DNA of 64,000 nt from Octopus sinensis (Eukaryota): positions 28,086,001 to 28,150,000 of the forward strand of contig NC_043018.1 of assembly GCF_006345805.1 (NCBI RefSeq), written 5' to 3'. The notes beneath the pieces are model-generated. The model saw nothing but the letters and a program-made list of their open reading frames with translations. It was not told where the DNA came from and made no database searches. Of the stretch, positions 26,386 to 36,321 are shown one piece after another; positions within the stretch are counted from its first letter, which is position 1, and every line of letters starts with the position of its first letter. The position numbers were made by a program, and so were the translations under genes.

Positions 26386-26411
26386 TAATTGTCATTAATT
26401 TACGTTTATTA

Positions 26412-26460
<49 letters not shown>

Positions 26461-26465
26461 GTTGC

Positions 26466-26513
<48 letters not shown>

Positions 26514-26545
26514 CGTTGTCGTCGTCGTCATCATCATCATCATAA

Positions 26546-26589
<44 letters not shown>

Positions 26590-26593
26590 TTAG

Positions 26594-26834
26594 GGAAATG
26601 GGCGGTTGTCTGCCGTACAGGTATACATTACCAAACAGGAATGCAGGTGCTGTACAATGTCAAAGATTGCGGATACAAGCATCATCATCATCTTCTGCAG
26701 ATGGGTGACTTTCATTGGTTTCCTAACCATGCCACGACGCGTTACTATTATATTGCGGCTGTGGAAGTTCAGTGGGAGTTCGCCCCTTTGAAACGAGGTA
26801 TCATCACAGGAGAGGAAATCACTGACCCCGATTC
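26594..26834 (+). CDS. Multicopper oxidase exon (domain 4 type-1 Cu Cys/His/Met, His-rich linker, start of domain 5)
   Basis: Acceptor ATTTTAG|GG (phase 1); donor GATTC|GTAAAT (phase 2). Translation GKWAVVCRTGIHYQTGMQVLYNVKDCGYKHHHHLLQMGDFHWFPNHATTRYYYIAAVEVQWEFAP contains C-x4-H-x4-M and the YYIAAVE..W.Y.P motif. Confidence 0.92.
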
Positions 26835-26907
26835 GTAAATTTTTGTTTATTTAATTTTTGTTTCTTTTGGAAGATCGTTAGATTAATTGTACAACTACAA
26901 TGATAAT

Positions 26908-27294
26908 TGTAGTTTGCACTCCGTCGCTTACGACGACGAGGGTTCCAGTTGATCCGATCAACGGAACAGCCTACTCGTGAAATTAACGTGCAAGTGGTTG
27001 AGCACTTCACAGAAACGTGTACCCTTAACGTAGGTCTTAGGGATATTCAGCGTGACACAGAGAGTGACAAAGCCGGCACTTTGAATTACAGGCACAACAG
27101 AAACAGGAAGTAAGAGTGAGAGAAAGTTGTGGTGGAAGAATACAGCAGGGTTCACCACCAGCCCCTGCAGGAGCCTCGTGGAGCTTTAGGTGTTTTCGAT
27201 CAATAAACACTCACAATGCCTGGCCTGGAAATCGAAACCGCGATCCTATGACCGCGAGTCCGCCGCCTTAACCACTGGGCCATTGCGCCTCCAC
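26908..27294 (-). mobile_element. tRNA-derived SINE family 3a with 11-bp TSD
   Basis: Head GTGGAGGCGCAATGGCCCAGTGGTTAAGGCGGCGGACTCGCGGTC...GGTTTCGATT on the minus strand. TSD ACAATGATAAT at 26897-26907 and 27295-27305. Confidence 0.85.
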
Positions 27295-27682
27295 ACAATG
27301 ATAATAATGTGATGTAAAACACACACACACACACACACACAAAACAAATGATTATAACTTAAAACTCATTATTAACCATTTCATCAGAAACTTTATCCTC
27401 ATCATCATCACCATCGTCATCATCATCGTCGTCATTGTCGTCGAAGTCGTCATCGTGGTCGTGGTCATGATCTTTACCATAGTCGTCGTCTACGTCATCA
27501 CCACCATCAACGTCATCATCATTATCATCATTTCGTCATCTTCTCCTACTTCTCATCATCACCACCAAAATAATCCACCTTTTTCCTCTCTTCCCCCTCC
27601 TTTTCTACCACCACCGCTGCCTTTGTTAGCAATTATAAATATTTTTTTACAGTTCTATATTTAAGATGAGGAATTATGTACC

Positions 27683-27994
27683 TTATTTACAATTGACGGA
27701 TATTTGTCCTCATCTTCTTTGTTGTCAACACAACGTTTCGGCTGATATACTCTCCAGCTTTCATCAGGTATCTTGGGGAAATTTCGAACCTGGGTTCTCA
27801 TTCCTTAGGTATTTTTCGATGTTATTATTATTAGTACTATTATTATTATTCAGGACACTGCCTGGAATCGAACTCGGAATCTTGAAGTTAGTAGCCCGCG
27901 CTCTTAACAGCTACACCATATGTCCGTGGGCACATGACGTAGTGGGCATTGACAACAAACAAGATGAGGACACATATCCGTCAATTGTAAATAA
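27683..27994. mobile_element. Small element with 46-bp terminal inverted repeats and an internal hammerhead-like motif (probable Penelope-derived pLTR remnant)
   Basis: 27683-27728 is the reverse complement of 27949-27994 (2 mismatches). Minus-strand CTGATGA..AGCTG/CAGCC..GAAACGT at 27727-27772. Confidence 0.6.
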
Positions 27995-28063
27995 TGTAAA
28001 TAATGGAATTTTAATTTTATTTAATTAACTGATGTATTGATTAATTATATATTTCTTTTCAAG

Positions 28064-28689
28064 GGAAGGCTACGTGTATGTGAGGAAAACAGGAAACTAC
28101 ATTGGAAGTGTTTATAAAAAAGCTGTTTATAGAGAATTCACGGACGAAACCTTCACGAAGATGGTTCACAGAGGGGAACGTGACATTCATTTAGATCTTT
28201 TGGGCCCCATGATCAAGGGAGAAATCGGAGACACTATCAAAGTCGTTTTCAAAAACAAAGCATCTAGACCTTACTCAATGCATCCACAAGGAGTCCGTTA
28301 CACCAAGCAAAACGAAGGACAAATCTATCTTGATGGATATCCTAACAAAAAAAGCGGGCAAGTGGCACCTGGGGACACGTTTATTTACACCTGGCAGGTA
28401 ACAAAATCGTCTGGTCCTGGCGCTGGTCAAAGCAACTGTATTCCTTGGATATATTATTCCTCTGCAGAACCTATCAGAGATCCTTATAGTGGTTTAATTG
28501 GTCCGCTTGTTGTTTGTAGAAAGGGATATCTGGATCACTCGGACAAAAGAAATGACGTCGATAGAGAATTTGCGCTTTTGTTTATCATCATCGATGAAAA
28601 CCAAAGTTGGTATTTGTCAGAGAACATAGCTGCACATACGAATGTACGAGATAATACAACTCTTCTAGCGGATCCTGAATTTTATCAAA
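28064..28689 (+). CDS. Multicopper oxidase exon (domain 5 and start of domain 6)
   Basis: Acceptor TTCTTTTCAAG|G (phase 2); donor CAAA|GTAAGT (phase 1). Translation IGSVYKKAVYREFTDETF...LLGPMIKGEIGDTIKVVFKNKASRPYSMHPQG...YSGLIGPLVVCRKG...DVDREFALLFIIIDENQSWYLSENI. Confidence 0.95.
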
Positions 28690-28896
28690 GTAAGTCATTT
28701 ACGTTTGTTATTTTTGTTGTATTATCTTTTACTTTAGTCCTGCTGGAGCGTTGTCTTGAAGGGTTTCTGCGAACAAATCGACCTCATTGTTCAGATTTAA
28801 GATTGGCATTTATTCTATCAAACCAACCATCAGCGGTTGTCAAACGGGTGGTGGAGGACAAACAAACACAAAGCACACTCACATACATACATACAC

Positions 28897-28931
<35 letters not shown>

Positions 28932-28953
28932 CAAATATAATATATATATATAT

Positions 28954-29003
<50 letters not shown>

Positions 29004-29194
29004 TACGACACGCTTCTTTTCAGTTTCCGTGTACCAAATACACTCACAAGGCTTTGTCGGGCCGAGGCTGTATAGTAGAAGATACTTGCCCAAGGTGTCA
29101 CGCAGAGGGATTGAATTCGGAACCATGTGGTTTGGAAGCAAGCTTATTACCACCTTGCCACGCCTGCGCCTATATATATGTGATATATATATAT

Positions 29195-29260
<66 letters not shown>

Positions 29261-29786
29261 GTTTATAAATTTATAAATAAGGATAATATCGATATTTAAA
29301 TATCGATATTATCAAGTGACCAGCATGGGAAAAAATACCATACAAAGGTAATAATTTTTTACAACTAAAAATAAGGGTGTCTTAAACATTTAAGGTGTTT
29401 TTTAGAGTCAACGATTTGACTGCTATTTCGGCATGGTGGTGTCTCTCAGACACCCTTATTTTTAGTTATATATATATATACATGTTTTAGCCAGAGAAAT
29501 GTTTTTTTGACAATAAACACATCTAAAGTAAAGTTTTTTCATTAACCTCCAGAATACTTCCCTGGACGCCCAATTTATTGTGTGAACCCCAAAATCTTAT
29601 ATGGTACCCCTGGGGACATGTGGGCTCCTACTAAGAACTGGGCTTAGTGACTAAATCCTTCAAGACGTCTTAAGTCTGAAGAAATATATATTATACATAG
29701 ATATCATTGTACGCTTTCTAGAAATTTGACCGAGTCTTATGACGTCAACAACGTTCTTTATGTATTTGTTTTTTAATCCTGTCTAG

Positions 29787-30115
29787 GTAACCTAATGTTC
29801 ACTATCAACGGTCGAATCTATGGTAACAATCGAGGACTGGTTATGAAGACCCACGAACGTATCGCCTGGTATATAATGTCCCACGGCGGCGATAAAGATG
29901 TCCACACAGCACACTTCCACGGCCAGACTTATCTGCAACGCTTCGATGGCTTGCATAAAGGAGATGTTCTCGAGGTTTCTGCAGACACTGCCAAAACGGT
30001 GGAGATAAAAGCTGAAAATCCGGGCAAGTGGATATTACATTGCCATGTGAATGAACATATCATCGGTGGTATGGAGACAGCTTACACAGTCCTGGCACCC
30101 GGAGAGCATTTATAA
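29787..30115 (+). CDS. Multicopper oxidase terminal coding exon (domain 6; type-1 and trinuclear Cu ligands; stop TAA)
   Basis: Acceptor CCTGTCTAG|GT (phase 1). Translation has DVHTAHFHGQ and WILHCHVNEHIIGGM (the canonical MCO signatures H-x2-H-F-H and H-C-H-x3-H-x4-M) and ends APGEHL*. The seven exons total 2059 nt = 1 nt + 686 codons, so the frame is consistent throughout. Confidence 0.96.
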
Positions 30116-30208
30116 TTAACGTCTGGTCGTTGATTTGCAGTAGACATTACGCGGATGTTGGTGGTTGATGACGGACATATTATACAATCGAATTTTGTAA
30201 ACTTTTGA

Positions 30209-30214
30209 AATAAA
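30209..30214 (+). terminator. Candidate polyadenylation signal AATAAA for the oxidase mRNA
   Basis: First AATAAA after the stop codon, about 95 nt downstream. Position only; no transcript evidence. Confidence 0.35.
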
Positions 30215-30321
30215 TGGAAAAGACAAAAAAGTATATTGTAATTGCTGATTTGTTGATATTTAGAAAAAAGATATTGATTATATATATGCATATGTATAAG
30301 TATGTATGTATGTATATATAT

Positions 30322-30377
<56 letters not shown>

Positions 30378-30845
30378 TCTGTTTGTGAGAGGGTAAGTAT
30401 GCGTGCATGTATTTTTATCTATGTATACAAATATATACATGCCCGTATATGTATTTATATATGTGTGTGGTGTGTGTGTGTAAACATATCTATCTATCTA
30501 GCTATTATCTATGTATATATCTATATATATACATACATATATATACATATACATATATATATATATATATATATAATAGAAATATTAAAATTACTAAGTC
30601 TCTCTAAAAGAGAACAACGGCAGCGTTTCCGGAAAATAATAGTTATCGCCATACTAATATGGCATTCTTATAAAAATAAGAATAAAGCTGTCCGCTTATT
30701 AGCTCCATGAGGCCATCGCCTTAAGAGAGACTTAGTAATTTTAATATTTCTATTATTGAAAACAAGTGGATGTATTCCACCGAAGCTAGGTAAATAAAAC
30801 CTTCGAACAGAGATTGTCGGAAGCGACACCTACTGGTCTGGCTAC

Positions 30846-30887
30846 GCTGCATTGAAAAGGGGCAATACCCCGAAACGCGTCTGTAGC
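30846..30887 (+). ncRNA. Minimal type I hammerhead ribozyme motif, U3-A8 core variant, GUC cleavage triplet (predicted cut after 30881)
   Basis: GCTGCA (stem I) TTGAAAA (core) GGGG-CAATA-CCCC (stem II) GAAA CGCG T C TGTAGC (stem I partner, 6 bp with one G-U). Stem III is the palindrome ACGCGT. Confidence 0.72.
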
Positions 30888-31053
30888 TGCCGGTCAAGTA
30901 GTGTGGAGCGACTGACCTCCCTTGTTCGAAGGTTATATGGATACAGTTTGTGTATCAAATAGCTAACTTAAGGCGATGGCCTCATGGAGCTAATAAGCGG
31001 ACAGCTTTATTCTTACTTTTATAAGAATGCCATATTAGTATGGCGATAACTAT

Positions 31054-31158
<105 letters not shown>

Positions 31159-31208
31159 GAAAAAACAAGTCAAAAATAGAAAATGCTAAAATAATTTTAT
31201 AGTGAACA

Positions 31209-31252
31209 TTTCAGTACCGGTTTCGGTCATTTTGAGACCTATTCAACTGTAA
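31209..31252 (-). ncRNA. Hammerhead-like motif in left pLTR (core UUGAAUA, position 8 mutated)
   Basis: TTACAG TTGAATA GGTC-TCAAAAT-GACC GAAA CCGG TA CTGAAA; palindromic stem III ACCGGT. Confidence 0.5.
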
Positions 31253-31579
31253 CGATTAAATAATTAAATTTGGAAAAATTAGAAGAAAGGTTTTTTTAAA
31301 GGAATATTTCTATAGTAGTGTTCAGATTTAAGTGGCATTCTGCCTTTCTCTGACTCCCTTGTTTGCACTTGTGTGTTGGAGGTCGTTGTGAGTTCTTGGT
31401 AGGGTAGTAGAGGAAGAAGGCTGGTGAGGAAAGGGGGTGGGAGAATCTGGGAGTGCCCTGATGGTCGTATTTTGAATGGTCAGTGGCGGCACCATCCTCC
31501 ACCCTCCTAAAAAAAGACCACAGAATGAACACAATCCTCCAAACACACGATCATAAAAAGCAAGAGACAGTCTAAATCC

Positions 31580-32050
31580 ATGAAAAGTCTCCTAACACAA
31601 GCCCGAATTCACTCTTCAACACAGAAGCCGACAGTAAAAAAATGTGGAAGACCTAATTGCGGGATATGCGACTATCTAATTGAGGGATCAGAGTTCTCCT
31701 TCAAACAGGGACAACGGTTTACAGTGAAAAGCAACTTCACATGTGCTTCGGAGAACCTAATATACTCACTAACCTGCTCCGGGTGTCAAGAGCAGTACAT
31801 AGGCCAAACAAAAAATAGTTTGCGTAAACGAATGGCCCTGCACAGATCCCAGATAAAAATTCCCCAAAAGAGAAAAATAGCTTTTAGCCAACACATAGAT
31901 ACTTGCGCCAACAAAAAAACACCAAGCTTCAGGATTTTCCCCCTCTACCAATTTAGGGACGATACAACCTCGAGACAATGAATAAGTAAAGAAACTCTCT
32001 TTATTGCAAAATACAGGCCACTTCTTAACGGGTCTACGATAAACAATTAA
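31580..32050 (+). pseudogene. Penelope GIY-YIG endonuclease domain with one premature stop
   Basis: KCGRPNCGIC...CASENLIYSLTCSGCQEQYIGQT..LRKRM..H; after TGA (31979-31981) the frame continues ISKETLFIAKYRPLLNG, the usual PLE end. Confidence 0.88.
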
Positions 32051-33019
32051 TATACCTCAACTTTAGAATAAAAGAAATATTCACACACAAATATTACATT
32101 CCAAAGAATCCATTACTAATCACAGCTAAAATCACAGCTATAATCCATAACATACCAACTTCAAGTCATACAACACCTCACTACTTTAACCCATTCATAT
32201 TCTCCCTTCTCTGTTTTTTTCTTCTTCTTCCTCTTCTTCTTCATCATCATCATTATCATCATCATCGTCGTCATAATCATCACCACCATCACCATCATCG
32301 TCATCTTCTCCCTCTCCTTCTCCTTCTTCTTCTTCATCATCATCATCATCAACATCGTCATCTTCTTCTTCTTCTTCTTCTTCTTCTTCTTCTTCTCTTC
32401 TTCTTCTTCTTCTTCTTCTTCTTATTCTTCTACTTCTCCACCTCCTACCCCTTAACTTTGCCACTAATGTTTTTTAGTATAACACCTACGCAAATTCTAT
32501 AAACAAGCCTGTCAATATAAATATTCTCCTGAATTGAACTGCGACTGCCAGCCGCCACTGACCATTCAAAATACGACCATCAGGGCACTCCCAGATTCTC
32601 CCACCCCCTTTCCTCACCAGCCTTCTTCCTCTACTACCCTACCAAGAACTCACAACGACCTCCAACACACAAGTGCAAACAAGGGAGTCAGAGAAAGGCA
32701 GAATGCCACTTAAATCTGAACACTACTATAGAAATATTCCTTTAAAAAAACTTTTCTTCTAATTTTTCTAAATTTAATAATTTAATCGTTACAGTTGAAA
32801 AGGTCTCAAAATGACCGAAACCGGTTCACTATAAAATTATTTTAGCATTTTCTATTTTTGACTTGTTTTTTCATATATATCAACTCGTGTGTTCCTTTTC
32901 ACCCTTATACATATATTTATATATATATACACATACATATATATATACACATACATACACATACATACATAAAGTTACTTATATGTAAATGTGTATATAT
33001 ATATACACACACACACACA

Positions 33020-33069
<50 letters not shown>

Positions 33070-33548
33070 TATATGTATGTATGTATATATATATATATAT
33101 ACATACATATGAAACTCTGATTAAGAGCCGTTCAAACTAATTGGAAACGATCCAATAAATTCAATAAAATACTCCAACGCCGTTCCTACTAGGGGCCTAA
33201 AAGAAACGAGGAATACATAATAGGATACCATTTAGTATATCGGTTAAAAGTAAATTCATTCTCTGCATTCTAATTGCCTCATTACGAAGTTTAGTAATAC
33301 CCATAAAACTACGTAAAAATTAGTGAAGTCTTACAAGGGAGACTACTCCTTACATTTCTAAAAAGTTAGTTCCCTTGCATTATTACTTGACGCTGTTGAT
33401 ACGCTTTTTGTAAGTTAAGGTTATTGAATTAATTTACTTGGGATATAAACCTTAAATTTACTAGTTATCCTTTTATTTTCTATAAATAAGGATAGACTCT
33501 TACTACTGTAATTCATCTCTCTATCTCTCTCTGTCTCTGTCTCTCTCT

Positions 33549-33976
33549 GGATCTTTTCGGTTTGAACGGCAGTTTTTAACATAATTTCTAGGTAACTAAA
33601 AAATTTAAAACCTCGTATATTGGTAGAATGTGTTTATAAAACATCTTTTTCTCTTGGCTTTATTGAGAAAATTCTATAGTTTGTAAGATATTTGCTGTTT
33701 TTTTTCTTCAGTTTCTGCAATTTCAACAAATCAGTGACGTCTATTGAGGTAAAAAACATTCCGTGCCGTATGAATATTCCCTCGTTTAACAAACAAATTG
33801 GGTTTATTTACATTTGTAAAGAAAAAAAGATACCCTTCCCCCAACCCCTAACCTTAACTAACCCTAACTAACCCTAAAATAGATTGAAATGCAATAGATC
33901 GATACTAGGGTCATAATTATGGGTGACAATTTCATATGACACCGCTAGAAAAACTGCCGTCAAACCGAAAAGATTC
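33549..33976 (-). mobile_element. Same MITE family, solo copy
   Basis: Both TIRs present, reverse orientation; CTCTCTCT on both sides. Confidence 0.85.
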
Positions 33977-34463
33977 CTCTCTCTGTCTCTGTCTGTCTCT
34001 GTCTCTCTTTTCTGTCTTTCTCTGTGTCTGTGTGAGAGGTATCTTGTGCAAAATATATTTTACTCTCTCTCATATCATTCCCATAATTTTTCATGAAGTA
34101 TTTCATGGGAGCCTTTTGGATAATTTCTACCGGTATTTCAAAGATCAGATCCAGGTCAAAATATTTCATTTATTGACCGTCTCAATCCCTAAAGTAAAAT
34201 AAATAACTCGTCGTGGGCTTTATCTCATATCAAAGTATTCAACGTCTTCTTTGTAGAACGCTTCCTCTACGGTGATGGCATTCATGACTCTGTAGACCAA
34301 TTCTTGCATAGAAGACGGCATTAGCTGCATGGGAATGTTGAAGGAGGACGAAGTTGGTTTGATGAGCCTTTCTCTCCTGTCGCTTGATTTCTTCCATTTT
34401 TCTTCGGATAGCTTCGAAGTCTTTGGTGTTTCGATGATGATGGAACAGCACCAGTAAGTAGAG

Positions 34464-34830
34464 GCGCAATGGCCCAGTGGTTAGGGCAGCGGACTGGCGG
34501 TCGGAAGATAGCGGTTTTGATTCCCAGACCGGGCGTTGTGTGTGTTTATTGAGCGAAAACATCTAAAGCTCCACGAGCTCCGGCAGGGGGTGGTGGCGAC
34601 CCCTGTTGTACTCTTTCGCTCCAACTTTCTCTCATTCTTTCTTCCCGTTTCTTGTCCCCAACTTCCTACGCAACCGCTGAGCCTGGATGCACATTCATCC
34701 ATCTGTCGATGCTCTCGGTGTCGGGGGCTGACATGCTTTCTCTTCTGCGGGTCTTACGAATAGCAAAGGACCACGTTTCGGACTTCTCCGATCTTGCGAG
34801 CTCTGGGACGAAGACCGTTCGCTCAACAGC
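34464..34830 (+). mobile_element. SINE family 3b (family-3 head, different 3' tail) with ~20-bp TSD
   Basis: AACAGCACCAGTA(A/T)GTAGAG at 34444-34463 and 34831-34850; tail ends TTCGCTCAACAGC. Confidence 0.82.
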
Positions 34831-35162
34831 AACAGCACCAGTATGTAGAGTATTGGGCTGGTGTTTCAAACGATTTAGGTTCAATTTTTAGTGTTTTTCA
34901 GTGTTGCATTGATCTGCTTACTATGCTTGATGGTATAACTATATAATTATTTGCCGTTTTATATCGAATATATATACATATATATATATATACACACATA
35001 TATATATATATATATATGTTGGAATCTTACATGTATACCATTTTGCCTAAAAAATGTATCTACAAATTCAATATCCCTACATATCTCACATCTATTTTCT
35101 TTCCTCTACCTCCCTCTCTTATTTTTATCAATCTAAATTAACTACTACTATCCTCTCACACC

Positions 35163-35210
35163 GTCTCCGATGAAGGAATATAATAAATATCCTGGAAACA
35201 GCTGTAAGAC
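35163..35210 (+). ncRNA. Hammerhead-like motif (core CCGAUGA, palindromic stem III ACAGCTGT)
   Basis: GTCT CCGATGA AGGA...TCCT G GAAA CAGCTG TA AGAC; one extra G before GAAA and a U4C change. Confidence 0.5.
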
Positions 35211-35986
35211 CTATTTATAAATGTTCTAAAATCTACTCAGCCTTGGTTTTTTATCTCGTTACGAAAAATATATATATATATCTATTTCCTAATTTATATC
35301 ACTGGATATCATTGTTCGTGTATTTGACGAATACTGGAGATTCATTTGAAATTACTACAACATATATTTGCAGCTATGGCTGTATGGGAGATGGGCATCA
35401 TGGATATATAGTACTGGACAAATTAATTAACATGTCTGTGTATGTATGTATGTATGTATGTATGTATGTATGCATGTATGTATGCATGTACGTATGTTTG
35501 TATGTATGTATGTATTTCTGTATGTATGTATGTATGTATATATGTATGTCTGTATGTATGTATGTCTGTATGTATGTATGTATGTATGTATGTATGTATG
35601 TATGTATGTATGTATGTATGTATGTATGAATGTATGCATGCATGTATGTATGTATGCATGTATGCATGTATGTATGTATGTATGTATGTATGTATGTATG
35701 TATGTATGTATGTATGTATGTGACCCTGCTGGAATCGTTATCTCTCTGGGGAAAATGGTTTGCGGTATTTTACCCGTCTTGAGTTGTCTTCACGGCTGTC
35801 TTTCATTTATTTCGGGATCGATAAAATGCGTGCCAGTTCAACTCTGGGGTTGATTAAATTTAATCGACTTAGCCCCACCTGAAAAGCTGCTGGCCTTGCG
35901 CCAAAATCTACCAATGAACGAACTGTGGTGTTTGACACTGTGTCATTCTCGACACAGCTGCTTCCGATTCTGTCGCCGCTGCTGCT

Positions 35987-36321
35987 TGTTTGTTTGTTTG
36001 TTGAGCGAAGCGGTCTTCGTAGGAGAAGTCCGAAACGTGGTCCTTTGCTATTCGTAAAACCCGCAGAAGAGAAAGCAGGTCAACCCCCGACCCCGAGAGC
36101 ATCGACGATGGATGAATGCGCATCCAGGCTCAGCGGTTGCGTGGGAAGTCGGAGACAAGAAACAGGAAGAAAGGGTGAGAGAATGTTGGGGCGAAAGTGT
36201 ACAACAGGGGTCGCCACCACCCCCTGCCGGATCCTCGTGGGAATCGCCCGGTCTGGGAATCGAAACCGCGATCCTCCGACCGCGGGTCCGCTGCTCTATC
36301 CATTGGGCCGTTGCGCCTCCA
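35987..36321 (-). mobile_element. SINE family 3b copy, inverted relative to 34464-34830, with 13-bp TSD
   Basis: TSD CGCCGCTGCTGCT at 35974-35986 and 36322-36334; same head and tail as the 34464 copy. Confidence 0.85.

Noticed and set aside
31979-31981. Programmed readthrough or selenocysteine at the in-frame TGA of the GIY-YIG ORF
   Set aside because: The element is 5'-truncated and non-autonomous; a CGA-to-TGA transition is the simpler explanation and I see no SECIS-like evidence.
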